A program made the translations under genes and the position numbers. Shown one piece after another: positions 18,878 to 28,882 of a stretch of DNA of 49,331 nucleotides (position 1 is its first letter; each line of letters opens with the position of its first letter). The DNA is from a virus (lineage: Duplodnaviria > Caudoviricetes), in IMG/VR virus record IMGVR_UViG_3300037465_000067, positions 1 through 49,331 of that record, one strand, 5' to 3'. The notes under the pieces were generated by a model, which saw nothing but the letters and a program-made list of their open reading frames with translations, ran no database searches and was not told the DNA's origin.

Positions 18878-19501
18878 TTATCCTGCTATTGGAAGCCCAG
18901 AGGAAAGTCCTCCAATTGTTGACCCTGTTCCGGCGGACGCCCCACCCAGGAGATTTGAGCCAAGCGCCCCTCCAAGCGGCCCGCCAAGTGCCATACCAGC
19001 AGCACCCAAGATGTTCTTGAGCAACTGGCCTTGCTGGAGTTGGTTAAAGCCCTGGATGCCTGTCTGAGCGAACCCAAGCGGGTCAAATACCCCTTGCTGG
19101 CCCTGCAAGATATTAGCCCCCTGTAGGCCAAGATTAAGCCCAATCTGCGGTAATTGCTGGAACAGTTGAGATTGTGCCTGTGCTTCTTGTCCAAACAGAT
19201 TGGCAAGCGGCCCGAAGCCGACTCCTGACCCCTGGAATCCTGTTGCTCCGAGATTCTCAATAAGATTCTGGCGAGCGCCTTGAAATGAATCGCTGATTCC
19301 GCCGCGCATCTGCGACAGCAAGCCCTGTCCGAGCGGCGACTGCATGAATTGGGCAGGGTCAATCCCCAGCCCCATCAACATGGTCGCAAAGGGCTGAATC
19401 TGCCGGAATATCTGCTTCTGCATGGCAGCGCGTTCTTGAGACTCGCGGGTTGCCTGCTTAGATGCTTCAAAAGCCTCAGTCTGGCCATGGGGCTTGCCCA
19501 T
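18878..19501 (-). CDS. Putative pilot/ejection protein
   Basis: Gln/Gly-rich with C-terminal GAAGMALGGPLGGALG glycine zipper. Confidence 0.6.
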   Translation of the reverse strand: MGKPHGQTEAFEASKQATRESQERAAMQKQIFRQIQPFATMLMGLGIDPAQFMQSPLGQGLLSQMRGGISDSFQGARQNLIENLGATGFQGSGVGFGPLANLFGQEAQAQSQLFQQLPQIGLNLGLQGANILQGQQGVFDPLGFAQTGIQGFNQLQQGQLLKNILGAAGMALGGPLGGALGSNLLGGASAGTGSTIGGLSSGLPIAG

Positions 19502-19504
19502 AAT

Positions 19505-19861
19505 TCACTTCCTTATTCTGGTGTACAGCTTCCCTTCAAACGACTCCAACACATCATTGTATCGCTTCTCGACAAACTCCTGAAATTCAGTATTTGATAT
19601 GAAGAAATAGTATTTTTGTTCATGGGACAATGCCCCGTCCAGCCAGAGAATCAAGTCTCTGGCATCTTCTCCGCCCGATTCAGAGACCAGACACTCGACT
19701 ACTGGCGGGCGTTGAAACCCAATCAGCGCAACCAGTTGGCCGTCTCTGAACTTGCCGATTAGAGACGACATGGGGGGAACGCTCATCCATGAAGCCCGTC
19801 TCTGCAACAGCGCCAGCGCGTCGTTATAATCTTCCGGTTTAAGAGGTCTGATATCTTCCAT
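19505..19861 (-). CDS. GNAT-fold-like virion assembly protein
   Basis: IRPLKPED N-terminus; located between tail tube and ejection genes like T7 gp13. Confidence 0.45.
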   Translation of the reverse strand: MEDIRPLKPEDYNDALALLQRRASWMSVPPMSSLIGKFRDGQLVALIGFQRPPVVECLVSESGGEDARDLILWLDGALSHEQKYYFFISNTEFQEFVEKRYNDVLESFEGKLYTRIRK

Positions 19862-20688
19862 TAATACCTCGGATACGGCATCTCCGGCCCAGTCGGATAA
19901 GTCTGGGGGTTGGGTGGAGTCGGCGGCGGTGTCGGCGGTGATGCAGAAGCAGCCTCAAGCAACAGCGGAATCTCAGCCCCAAGAAGCTGGATACTGCCCG
20001 CGTTGATGGTTGAATTGTCGGTGGTATTTCTTGCGGTCAGTGTATAGGCGTAAGTTCCAGCCGCCAAAGACTCATAGGCCATTAGAATGTACTGGTTGGC
20101 GTCTCCGGCAGCATCGTCTGGAGCGGCTCCATTCAAAGAACGAATCTCGGTTCCATCTCTGCGGATTCTGACTGTAATGGTCTTGGCTCCGACGCCTCCG
20201 GGAACTCCGGTCACAACCCCGCCGTCCACTCTAACGGTTCCTCCATTAGAAGTCAGGTTAATTGTCGCCAGGGTCGTCTCCGTACCGTTAAATGTTGTAT
20301 TGTTCGGAAAAGAAAACTGCGCTTCAGACTGAGGCGTTGTCCCTGAAGACGGAGATGTAAATTCTGAAAAGCTGCTGCCCTTGTAAGACTGAATCCAGAA
20401 GTGGCGCGTTACCGCAACGTGTCCGGTAGAGTAGAAGTATTCGTTGTTGTTCTCTCCTGGCGCGTTCAGAATGGTAATGGGAGACGAGCGGTCTTCATTG
20501 GCCGAGACAACAATCTGGTAGCCGTCAACGCCTGATACCCGGCTCCATTGCAACAGAAACCCCAGATTTCTGGCTGTAACCGTAAAATTGTCAGGAGCGG
20601 CAGGCGGTGTAGGTAAAGGGTCAACCGAAACGTTGGCCCGTTCCAGCGCCAGCTTGCTAATTTCGTCAAATGACAGGCCAATGGCCAT
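19861..20688 (-). CDS. Virion protein with fibronectin type III-like domain
   Basis: P.APDNFTVTA....LLQW..V.GVDGYQI. Confidence 0.6.
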   Translation of the reverse strand: MAIGLSFDEISKLALERANVSVDPLPTPPAAPDNFTVTARNLGFLLQWSRVSGVDGYQIVVSANEDRSSPITILNAPGENNNEYFYSTGHVAVTRHFWIQSYKGSSFSEFTSPSSGTTPQSEAQFSFPNNTTFNGTETTLATINLTSNGGTVRVDGGVVTGVPGGVGAKTITVRIRRDGTEIRSLNGAAPDDAAGDANQYILMAYESLAAGTYAYTLTARNTTDNSTINAGSIQLLGAEIPLLLEAASASPPTPPPTPPNPQTYPTGPEMPYPRY

Positions 20689-22736
20689 TATTCGTCCTTG
20701 ATGTCCGCATCGGGACGCCACGCAAAGCTCATCTTGTAGATGGCCTCGACATTAACGGTTTCCCTGCCGTTGGCGTCAGTCGTTTTATTGGCCCCAGCGG
20801 GATACTCTAACTCAAACTGAAACTGCTTGGCAAGACATCCGCCAGGGTCTCCGCCGCTCTCTGCTGCCAGCCATGCGTGAAATTCTCCGCTATCTCTGGC
20901 CGAGCCGAGTGTCAGCGAGATTCCTGGGTCGGCGTCAGGGTCAATGGGGTCGGCAGCCATTGAGACGGTCGGATTTGTGCCAATGGTTGTTGACGGGCCG
21001 TCTTGAGAGCCGCGCACAATGGCCAGATATTCGCCCACCGAATTGCGGCCTTCTGACGGCTCAATCAGCCCCGTTCGCATCGTCGCGAGAGGATTGTTTT
21101 GCACAGTTGAGCCAAGATACGTCTTTCCAAGAATAGCCGAAGAATTCAAGTGCGCGGGGTCGGCAATTACGTCAAGCTGATAAACGTCTCCGCTGGTGTC
21201 TCCGCCGACCAGAAAGCGCTCGTCTCCGTCCATATAGCTCTTGACTACGGTATATTCATGGTCGGTTAATTCGCTCCATTCCCCCGGTCTGTCAGGTTCG
21301 CTGCCCAAGTCAAAGTCATAGACAAAAGCACGCCATGATGCCGTTCCGCTTAAATTGTCTGAATCCGCGCAAGGACAGCAGACATAAAGCTGCTTGCGTC
21401 CTCTGCCGTCCCACCAGAAAAATGTTACATCAAATAAATCTCCTTCAGGAATCGTGTCCAGTTGCGGCTGAATGGGCTGGCCGATGTCAAGGACTTGCTG
21501 CCCGCCAAGATACAGCCTAATCAGCCTGCCGGGGGTCATCCAAGCCCAGCCGAACGGCGTTGTCGTTCCTGCATGAGGCCCGGCGGCTCCCTCGTTGATG
21601 AAGTGCTCGTTAGACAGGCCGCGAGTTCCCAGATTGTCCAGTACTCCAGCCGAGCCGATAATGCCGTAACCGTTGCGCTCGGTGTGGACAATTAACAGAT
21701 TGGCGTGCTCTGCAATCAGCCTGATTTCAGAGTCGGGATAAAGGAATTCGTTGACCAAATCAGAGACAGAATCATCGCCCCTGCCGCTAACCGACTCTTC
21801 GGGAGACCCGGCATTGGTCGCCTTAACCTCTCCGAACGAGGTAAACCACATGCGGTTTTTGTTGGATTCGTCCCGCATAGCAATGCGATGCCGCCACTGG
21901 CCCATAACCAGCGAGGCTCCAGGCGGGTCATTGCGAAGCGGCTCGCGTGGCAGAGTTGCCGCCGGAAACGCATCAACGTCAAATGTTGTTGTGGTGATTC
22001 GAGTTGTATTGGCGCGCCTTCTGACTCCCGAAGCGTTCAGTTCAGACATATAACCAGACCAGTGCGTGATGCCATATCCAGACGGAATGGTAAACGCCGC
22101 GATGCTGAGTCTGGCTTTCTGATTACTGAGCGCCGCAGAAAGGGCGCTAGGATTCGACCGGCTTGATTCATGGACTCGGTTTCCGGCTTCATCTAAAACA
22201 ACCCATGTAAATGTCGCGTTGACACCGTTGGCGGCGGTAATCCCAGGCCCGGCAACCACAGAAGGTGTTGTCATGGCCGAGGCTTCCCTGGGAATACCCC
22301 AGCGCCGGAATGTGCGTCCGTCATAAATATATGCTGTCGAGCGGTCGGAAAACATGATGCGATTGCCCAGCTGAACAGTCTTGGGCCGGGCATTTAAGAC
22401 AGAAAACGTTGTAGCTCCGGGGAATATCTCAAGCTCTCCGCCCCCACCGTTGCGGCGATAGATTCTGCCGTCAGAGCGGACGACTAGAAACTGAGATTCC
22501 GGCGAGCCGGCGCGGTGAAATCTGAAGTCTATCTCATCCCAAACTCGTCCAGTGGCGGTAGCGGCTTTTGTCTGAAAGAGCGGTGAAAACGGCTTGCGCA
22601 TCAAGCGCCCACGCTCGTATATCCAGTTGCGCAAAAGGCGTGCAGTTCCAGCTCGCTGGGCAAACGGGTTGAGGTCGAGCCGCACCCCTGGCACGATAGA
22701 TGCCGTTGTCAGTTTTTGCTGGTTGCGAGTCGGCAT
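20688..22736 (-). CDS. Tail tubular/nozzle protein (P22 gp10 / T7 gp12-like)
   Basis: 682 aa beta-rich; RMWFTS, AFVYDF, LVGGDTSGDVYQLD; follows the adaptors. Confidence 0.65.
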   Translation of the reverse strand: MPTRNQQKLTTASIVPGVRLDLNPFAQRAGTARLLRNWIYERGRLMRKPFSPLFQTKAATATGRVWDEIDFRFHRAGSPESQFLVVRSDGRIYRRNGGGGELEIFPGATTFSVLNARPKTVQLGNRIMFSDRSTAYIYDGRTFRRWGIPREASAMTTPSVVAGPGITAANGVNATFTWVVLDEAGNRVHESSRSNPSALSAALSNQKARLSIAAFTIPSGYGITHWSGYMSELNASGVRRRANTTRITTTTFDVDAFPAATLPREPLRNDPPGASLVMGQWRHRIAMRDESNKNRMWFTSFGEVKATNAGSPEESVSGRGDDSVSDLVNEFLYPDSEIRLIAEHANLLIVHTERNGYGIIGSAGVLDNLGTRGLSNEHFINEGAAGPHAGTTTPFGWAWMTPGRLIRLYLGGQQVLDIGQPIQPQLDTIPEGDLFDVTFFWWDGRGRKQLYVCCPCADSDNLSGTASWRAFVYDFDLGSEPDRPGEWSELTDHEYTVVKSYMDGDERFLVGGDTSGDVYQLDVIADPAHLNSSAILGKTYLGSTVQNNPLATMRTGLIEPSEGRNSVGEYLAIVRGSQDGPSTTIGTNPTVSMAADPIDPDADPGISLTLGSARDSGEFHAWLAAESGGDPGGCLAKQFQFELEYPAGANKTTDANGRETVNVEAIYKMSFAWRPDADIKDE

Positions 22737-23237
22737 TTATGTTATCTGTGAAACAAATACGTTAAACATCGTCTGAGTAATAGAATCTGACCCGTTTGCG
22801 AGTTGTCCTGTTACTTCCAGCGTTGCATTGCTGGCCGTGTCTATGGCCGAGGTTGTGTAGTCGAACGAAGTCGTTGTGGCGTCTGTTGTTGAGAATAAGA
22901 CGCTCCAGCGCTGTGCGTTGTTTGCTGTATTTGAGACTTGAGCCAGAAAGAACCAGTCCTGGGCATTAGCCCCGGTTCTTGAAACCGTGCCCACGGTTGT
23001 CGCCCCCAACTTCAGGCGAACCGTCTTCGCTCCACCAGCAGAGTTGGTAATCGTCCCCGCTGCAAAAATCAGCAATCCACCCGTTTCGGTAATCGTTCCA
23101 CCCGTTACCGACAGAGCCGCCATCTGGGTTTCATCGGTTGTCCCTGTGACGGTGCGGGTGGTATTGTCCCGATAGAGTCCCCTGAGCATATTGTTCAGGT
23201 TGGTCGCTGTCAGGCTGTCAGAATTTGAAAAGGGCAT
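22737..23237 (-). CDS. Virion structural protein
   Basis: LTATNLN N-terminus, Thr/Ser-rich. Confidence 0.6.
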   Translation of the reverse strand: MPFSNSDSLTATNLNNMLRGLYRDNTTRTVTGTTDETQMAALSVTGGTITETGGLLIFAAGTITNSAGGAKTVRLKLGATTVGTVSRTGANAQDWFFLAQVSNTANNAQRWSVLFSTTDATTTSFDYTTSAIDTASNATLEVTGQLANGSDSITQTMFNVFVSQIT

Positions 23238-23845
23238 TACCGTGTCCTCTGGTTTGTCATTCTCTCCGACGAAATCAACTGGTTCAGTTCATTGTAAAAC
23301 TCTTGCTTGAACGCTTCTGCCCGCGTATCGTCTTTATACTCCGCAAGCTGCCAAATCATTCCACGCTTGATGACAGAATCCAGTGCCCCTGGAACATCCC
23401 AGCTTTCCGAATTAGCTGTAAACACTGTAGGACGTTTGTGATAGCGCCACTTCAGAGTATAGCTTGCATCGGGAGCGGGCCAGAAACGAATCTGGGTTCC
23501 GCTGATAAGTCCTGCTGCAATCGGTCTGGCCGTTACCGTTGTTACGGGCAGAATGTCTCTTCCATCAACCAGCAGTCGGGGCGTTGCGTCCCCGCCCGCC
23601 GTATTCAGATAAGCCTCTTGAATATAAAGCACCCTATTCTGGTCGGCAGCGTCTATGGTATAAGTCTGTGTCGGCGTGGACAGCGCCACGTCGGCCCCTG
23701 CCGCTATATTCCAGTGCCAGCGATGAGCTTTGACGACGATTTCATTGACAGCGTTGGCCATGCGCACTTCTTCAGCCGCCGCATAGGTGGAATTCAGCTT
23801 GAAGTAATTACGGGCGTGTGTCATGTACTGTTCCACGGTTGCCAT
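23237..23845 (-). CDS. Head-tail adaptor-like protein
   Basis: W.W motif and IRFWPAPDASYTLKWRY. Confidence 0.7.
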   Translation of the reverse strand: MATVEQYMTHARNYFKLNSTYAAAEEVRMANAVNEIVVKAHRWHWNIAAGADVALSTPTQTYTIDAADQNRVLYIQEAYLNTAGGDATPRLLVDGRDILPVTTVTARPIAAGLISGTQIRFWPAPDASYTLKWRYHKRPTVFTANSESWDVPGALDSVIKRGMIWQLAEYKDDTRAEAFKQEFYNELNQLISSERMTNQRTR

Positions 23846-23848
23846 CAA

Positions 23849-23944
23849 CTACTCCAAATCGTCAAACTTATCGGCATTGGCTATCAGCCAGACGCCGAGA
23901 ACACACAACAGAAACAAAAACAGAAGCAACGCCTCTCCGGTCAT
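23849..23944 (-). CDS. 31-aa membrane peptide (not in ORF track)
   Basis: MTGEALLLFLFLLCVLGVWLIANADKFDDLE; ATGA overlap with upstream gene. Confidence 0.55.
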   Translation of the reverse strand: MTGEALLLFLFLLCVLGVWLIANADKFDDLE

Positions 23945-24927
23945 GGCAATTCATCCGAGCCGTGCCTTGAGAAGCGGCTTGAGCGCAGCGCCCGATGGCG
24001 TATATACCGAGCTGCGGGCTTAATTCTCTGTGGCGGCTCATTCTGCATCTCTCTTGCAACCATCTGATTCAACTCAAGATTAAACAAGCCCTCGTGATAT
24101 TGGGACAGATTGATTTCATTGCCCGATTTATCGTCCATTGCCATGCGCCAGTTCCAATAGTCGGCCATCCATCCGTGCTTGAGCAGCGATTGGAAAACTT
24201 GGGGCACAAGCCTGGCAGCTCCGCCGGTGATATACGGCGCTTCTTGGACGTATTTGTACTGGATTAAATACTCATCGTCTGGAACGGGATAAAGCGCAAT
24301 CCGCTGAATCGCATTGGAATCGGCCCCGATTTGCGCCCAGTATTGAGGCGTTCCTTCGGTCAATCGGCTTGCAAACGCTGTGTTAATCCATGTGATGTTG
24401 ACGGGAATCAGCTCGCGGTTGTGGCTGAGGTCGTAAACCTGCTCAAGCCGGCCGACTTCATCGTTCAGAGAATAGATGTACTGAAAGATGGAATAAGCCG
24501 CCGATGTCCCCGTTGCACCGATATAGTTGTCTGCCAGCGTGATGGTGTCTGGATTGTTGTTGGCATAAGCTGTTATTTCATAGAACTCGTTGTCGGTTCC
24601 GCGCCTGAAGTGGCGCCCCACAACCGCAGAAGTCCACTTATTGTCGCTGGTTGTCTCCGTGACCGTAGCCGAGCCGTTGGTTACGGTGACAGAATCAGAC
24701 TCAATGGGAGCAACTGTTGGCAATTCATCGGACTGACGGGCAAAGTTCCACGGCACCGCCGACCAGACTTGACGGTAGCGGTCATTAAGCCAGCGCAGAG
24801 CAAGAACGCCATCGGGAGGGTGGTCGCCGCACTCACGGACAAACGTTTCCAGAATCTCTCCGGCATCTCTGCCCTGAGACGACGTGGTGCTTGCCGCTGG
24901 AGTTGAACCGCTAACAACAATTGCCAT
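23941..24927 (-). CDS. Head-tail adaptor-like protein with inserted beta domain
   Basis: PWNF, GTPQYW, IALYPVPDDEYLIQYKY; VTVTNGSATVT insert. Confidence 0.7.
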   Translation of the reverse strand: MAIVVSGSTPAASTTSSQGRDAGEILETFVRECGDHPPDGVLALRWLNDRYRQVWSAVPWNFARQSDELPTVAPIESDSVTVTNGSATVTETTSDNKWTSAVVGRHFRRGTDNEFYEITAYANNNPDTITLADNYIGATGTSAAYSIFQYIYSLNDEVGRLEQVYDLSHNRELIPVNITWINTAFASRLTEGTPQYWAQIGADSNAIQRIALYPVPDDEYLIQYKYVQEAPYITGGAARLVPQVFQSLLKHGWMADYWNWRMAMDDKSGNEINLSQYHEGLFNLELNQMVAREMQNEPPQRIKPAARYIRHRALRSSRFSRHGSDELP

Positions 24928-24965
24928 TAGGATTTTACCCTTTTAAGTATCCAGTCTCAGTGTGA

Positions 24966-26798
24966 CTATATCCCCATATACTCCGCCGCGAAATAGGTGC
25001 TTGCTCTTCCAGCCAGAACGTTCACCGCCGCTCCAGAATCCTGAAACACCAGCGCCTCACAGTAATCGCTAGCCGCCAAGTCGAGAGTTACCATCAGCAT
25101 CGGCGGGCTGAACGTGGTTGCCGGAGCGGCAACATATTCGGCAAGCGCTTCAACGGTTGCTCCGTTTTTGAGAATTCTTAGGCCGCGACTCCCCGCCGCA
25201 GCATCCCATTGCACCTGCACCCAGAATCGCCACTTGCCAGCCCACGGAACGGTCAGGCGGCTTGTGTTGGATGCCGTGCTGTGAAGCGCGCCGGTATCAA
25301 ATGATTCTGAGTCAAAAGTGAGCGCCGTCCACGTTACGTTCGAGATTGACTGGTTGGCGCTGTTATAAACTCGCGCGCGCGCCTGTCCGCTGACGGACTG
25401 GTCAAGAAATTCGCGCTGAGTCGCTGCACCAGAAAACGTCACCAGTCCCGTCACAGGAGTCCCGCTTAGACGAGTTCCGTAGTGAACGACTGTCGGCTTG
25501 TTTCCCGCTACCTCAGCTAACTCGTAAGCGAAGGTAGAGGCTACGCCGGAACTTTCGGCCCAGTTGCCGCCCGCAACGTGCCCTTCGATTCCTCCCAAGT
25601 AGTACACCAGCCGATTATTTCCGACTCCGATGTTCCCCCAGATGTCCGTGCCGAAGGTGTTGGTGAGTTCTACCGCCCGATTGTAGTTGTTGAACTCGTT
25701 GCTGTAAACTCGAAGCGTTGTCGAGGCTGCACCGGTTCCGCGAGTCCGAATGGCGATTCCCGATTGCGCGGCGCGAGCGGTGAAGATGCAATTTCTGACC
25801 TCGGTGTTGAAGAAGTTGTCTAAGTCAATGTCGGCTGTGTTAGCTCCGCCGACAATTATTCGGTCAATGACAAGCTGGTGCGCTCCGTCCCCGCTGATAG
25901 ACGCTGGAATGACTCCGGCAAAGCCAGACTTTCGATTAAGCTCAAACCCTGTCAGGTACACGAGCGCCCCGCCTAGCGTGATGCCGGAACCGGCATAGTT
26001 GATTTGTAGCTTGGTCGCGTCCCGCCCGAGGCCGATGATGCGCGAAGCTCTGGGCACCGTAATCCCAGCCTGAAGCTCGTAGGTTGCCGCCCCAAGAAGC
26101 AGTGTAACGGGTTTCGTTGCCGAGCCGAGCGTCAGCCCCGAAGAGATGACTTGCGCAGCGCCTTCCAGCCCACGAGCGTCCACGGTTCCGCCGGTTGCTG
26201 GCAGGTCGGTGATGGCTGCGGAAATCTTCGCCCCGGCATCCGCACCAGCAAAGTGATTGGCAAACCGCACTTCATTGATGTTTTGGGCGTAGAACTTGTC
26301 GCCAGTTGCCAGGTCGAGCCGGTTTGCCGCACCCCTGGATAGAGAGATGTCTCTATTGGTTTGGTCAAGAAGTATTGTATCTAGAGCAAGCGAGTCTCCA
26401 GACGCCAAATCCAGCCGGTTTGCAGCGCCGCGAGAGAGAACAATATCGGCCCCGAACTGCAACTGGTCATTGATTCTGGCCTGGTCAATTTGCCACAAGT
26501 CGTCTGCCGTAACCTGGGACGTAACATCTGAAATCTCAACGTCGGCAATCGTGGTCGCGGTAATGGCTGGTGTCCCGCCACTGACGGTAATATCGTATCT
26601 TCCGTCCGCAACATAGAAGAAGAAATTGCCGCGAGCGTCTCCGATCAGCGGATTGGCGATGGACGTTACTCCGTTGTCGCTGTAAATTGTCGCCAGAGCG
26701 CCGCTGGCAGGGGGGTCTGCCGCAACCCTGACAGTTACGGTCGGGCTGGCAATGGCTTGTCCGCTGGAAAGCTGGACGTTATTCTGGTAGCGCTGGAT
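24966..26798 (-). CDS. Tailspike / receptor-binding protein; start extended to a proposed ATC at 26798
   Basis: Frame open 100 codons upstream of the track start (ATIYSDNG...NPL..DARGNFFFYVADGRYDI head-binding-like); beta-helix entry GAKISAAITDLPATGGTVD; C-terminal C1q/TNF-like segment. Confidence 0.78.
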   Translation of the reverse strand: MQRYQNNVQLSSGQAIASPTVTVRVAADPPASGALATIYSDNGVTSIANPLIGDARGNFFFYVADGRYDITVSGGTPAITATTIADVEISDVTSQVTADDLWQIDQARINDQLQFGADIVLSRGAANRLDLASGDSLALDTILLDQTNRDISLSRGAANRLDLATGDKFYAQNINEVRFANHFAGADAGAKISAAITDLPATGGTVDARGLEGAAQVISSGLTLGSATKPVTLLLGAATYELQAGITVPRASRIIGLGRDATKLQINYAGSGITLGGALVYLTGFELNRKSGFAGVIPASISGDGAHQLVIDRIIVGGANTADIDLDNFFNTEVRNCIFTARAAQSGIAIRTRGTGAASTTLRVYSNEFNNYNRAVELTNTFGTDIWGNIGVGNNRLVYYLGGIEGHVAGGNWAESSGVASTFAYELAEVAGNKPTVVHYGTRLSGTPVTGLVTFSGAATQREFLDQSVSGQARARVYNSANQSISNVTWTALTFDSESFDTGALHSTASNTSRLTVPWAGKWRFWVQVQWDAAAGSRGLRILKNGATVEALAEYVAAPATTFSPPMLMVTLDLAASDYCEALVFQDSGAAVNVLAGRASTYFAAEYMGI

Positions 26799-26808
26799 AT
26801 AGTTACCC

Positions 26809-27138
26809 TCAGAAAGCCTGTGTCATTACAACGTAAATCATATTCTTTGCCCAGACCTGCATGATAACATACGTCATCCACCAGACATGAATCACAGACA
26901 GCAGGGCGTTGCGGGTTGAAATGTAAATCAACGCAGTCAGCGGGGCCGCAAACAGCAGAATCCCCATAGACTTAATGGCAATCCCTTGCCAAAAAACGAA
27001 TTTCAGCGTATTGGGGTCTCTCATCAGCGGATTGGATTCAATGGCTCCAGGAACATAGGCCATGCCCAGAACGGTTGAAACCACATCCAGTAAATTCCCG
27101 ATGACGAGCGACAAATAAGACGCCGCAAGCACATGCAT
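26809..27138 (-). CDS. DUF5658-like membrane protein
   Basis: NLLDVVST...GAIESNPLM motif; three TM segments. Confidence 0.7.
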   Translation of the reverse strand: MHVLAASYLSLVIGNLLDVVSTVLGMAYVPGAIESNPLMRDPNTLKFVFWQGIAIKSMGILLFAAPLTALIYISTRNALLSVIHVWWMTYVIMQVWAKNMIYVVMTQAF

Positions 27139-27139
27139 A

Positions 27140-27382
27140 TCAGTTGGCCTTGCCGCCTGAATGGACATGAAGCACCCTGCCTTTTTGTTCCGCTTCTTCG
27201 TATTTGTCAACCACCAGCCGGATGGCATCCCAAATGTCATCGGACTTGTAGGCCAGTGCCACAATCGGCGGAGTGCCCTGGTCCTTGAACGGAACCATCA
27301 TAACAACGCTGAAATATCCCAGTTCCCAGGCCATTTTAATGAAGCTGTCGGCAATCGCGGCGGCCTGTTCATTCTCGTCCAT
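27140..27382 (-). CDS. Hypothetical protein
   Basis: GGAGG RBS. Confidence 0.65.
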   Translation of the reverse strand: MDENEQAAAIADSFIKMAWELGYFSVVMMVPFKDQGTPPIVALAYKSDDIWDAIRLVVDKYEEAEQKGRVLHVHSGGKAN

Positions 27383-27635
27383 GTCGGCCCTCCATCTTGT
27401 CGTAGAGCTTCTTGATGTGTTCTTCTATTCTAGCGTTAAAGCGCCGCTGTTCTTCCCATCTGGCATCACTTGTTCCCTTCATAGAAGCAACCTCAGACCT
27501 CAGCCATGTATCGGGGTGGTTGGACTTGTCTCCGTTTGCCTTGCGCTCGCGCAACTCTTTGACAATAAGATAGATAACAACAAGCGCCGTTCCCAGCATA
27601 TTGAGAATCTGACCTGGAACTTGAACGGTCTCCAT
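27369..27635 (-). CDS. Single-TM coiled-coil protein (holin/anti-holin-like)
   Basis: N-terminal TM then charged coil. Confidence 0.55.
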   Translation of the reverse strand: METVQVPGQILNMLGTALVVIYLIVKELRERKANGDKSNHPDTWLRSEVASMKGTSDARWEEQRRFNARIEEHIKKLYDKMEGRHGRE

Positions 27636-27640
27636 GTGAG

Positions 27641-27937
27641 CTATTCTCCGTTGGCTTTGTCTTTGTTATGCTGTGCTTGGTCTCGCGCTTTAATCAGTCC
27701 GTATCCTGCCGTGATAGCGGCAATCAATACTCCCCAGTCCGGCGAAGTGGCCGGATTGCCGTCCACCAGGGCCAGACCAGCGCTTGATACCGCCGCAAGA
27801 ATAGTGAAAACTCCCGCCAGTGTTGTCTGCCAGCTTTTCATCTCAGGTTCCTCCATTTTCCTCTGAATAATCTTTCCACCGCGCTTGAGCAACATTTTAG
27901 CAATCGCTCTGTCCAGCCAGTTCATTGCCGATACCAT
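27641..27937 (-). CDS. Putative holin
   Basis: KSWQTTLAG, two TM helices, GLIKARD tail. Confidence 0.6.
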   Translation of the reverse strand: MVSAMNWLDRAIAKMLLKRGGKIIQRKMEEPEMKSWQTTLAGVFTILAAVSSAGLALVDGNPATSPDWGVLIAAITAGYGLIKARDQAQHNKDKANGE

Positions 27938-28215
27938 AGGGGTGCAAGTGCCAGAGATGATGCCACGCCGCCTGTCTTAAAGCACCAGTCAATCACCGCC
28001 TTCAGCCATTGCTGGTCGCGGCAGATGGTTGAGGTAATTTCCTCAATGCTGATATAGAGCGCTCCAATGGGCAGCACAAGCCAGTAAGCGTTGCTCCACG
28101 AAATTCCCGCATAGAACATGAAATAAAGAAAAGCGTTTGTTCCTCCCGCAAAGCCCGTAAAATGCAGGAAGGCTCGACGCCATCCGTCAACGGGTTGATT
28201 GGCTTCAGCCGCCAT
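27922..28215 (-). CDS. Membrane protein
   Basis: Hydrophobic segments; coupled to neighbours. Confidence 0.55.
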   Translation of the reverse strand: MAAEANQPVDGWRRAFLHFTGFAGGTNAFLYFMFYAGISWSNAYWLVLPIGALYISIEEITSTICRDQQWLKAVIDWCFKTGGVASSLALAPLWYRQ

Positions 28216-28216
28216 C

Positions 28217-28882
28217 CTAAATCCCCGCACTGGTTAGCGACAGAGTTCTGAGTCCTGCCGCTGGACCTGTTGGCCCTGTGAAATCAGACGTAATGATGTG
28301 CGTGCCTGCCGGGCCGCTCGACCCGGTACGGAAGTTTGCATCGGCATTCGTCATGGTCGCCGCGCCAGTTCTCTCGCAGGCAATTTGAATAAATAGATAC
28401 TGGTTACTGAGCGAGAACGCCCCCGGGTTGAAGGTTAGACTTGATACGCCATCTGCGGTCGTTGTAAGGTTGACGATTTCGCTCCCCTGTTGCTGGCCTG
28501 ACGTAATCTCAGTAGCATTCGAGCCGTCCGCATCAGCTTTGATTATACGAAACCGGATGCGAAGGTCTTGGCCCGATGCGTTAGTAACAGCCCGCAGAGC
28601 AAACGAGAAAGTCCAGTCGGCTGAGGCGAAATCTCCACTCAGGGCGCTCTCCGACCGGAAGGCATCGAACAGTGTCGTATCTAACGTACCGTCAGGAGGC
28701 GTGGTATTAACAAAGGTGCTAGCGGCCCGCTCAACGCCTTGCTGGAACTCAGAATGATTAGTAGCGCCGGTGCCAACGACCCATCCGCCGACGATGGTAG
28801 CTGCCGTTTGAGGCGTTCCGTCAACAAGTCGCTGCCAGGAGTCGCTCGTCGCGTTAGCGAGATAATAGGTCTTAGTGGCCAT
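28217..28882 (-). CDS. Virion structural protein
   Basis: Beta-rich Thr/Ser/Gly; C-terminal RTLSLTSAGI tail. Confidence 0.6.
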   Translation of the reverse strand: MATKTYYLANATSDSWQRLVDGTPQTAATIVGGWVVGTGATNHSEFQQGVERAASTFVNTTPPDGTLDTTLFDAFRSESALSGDFASADWTFSFALRAVTNASGQDLRIRFRIIKADADGSNATEITSGQQQGSEIVNLTTTADGVSSLTFNPGAFSLSNQYLFIQIACERTGAATMTNADANFRTGSSGPAGTHIITSDFTGPTGPAAGLRTLSLTSAGI

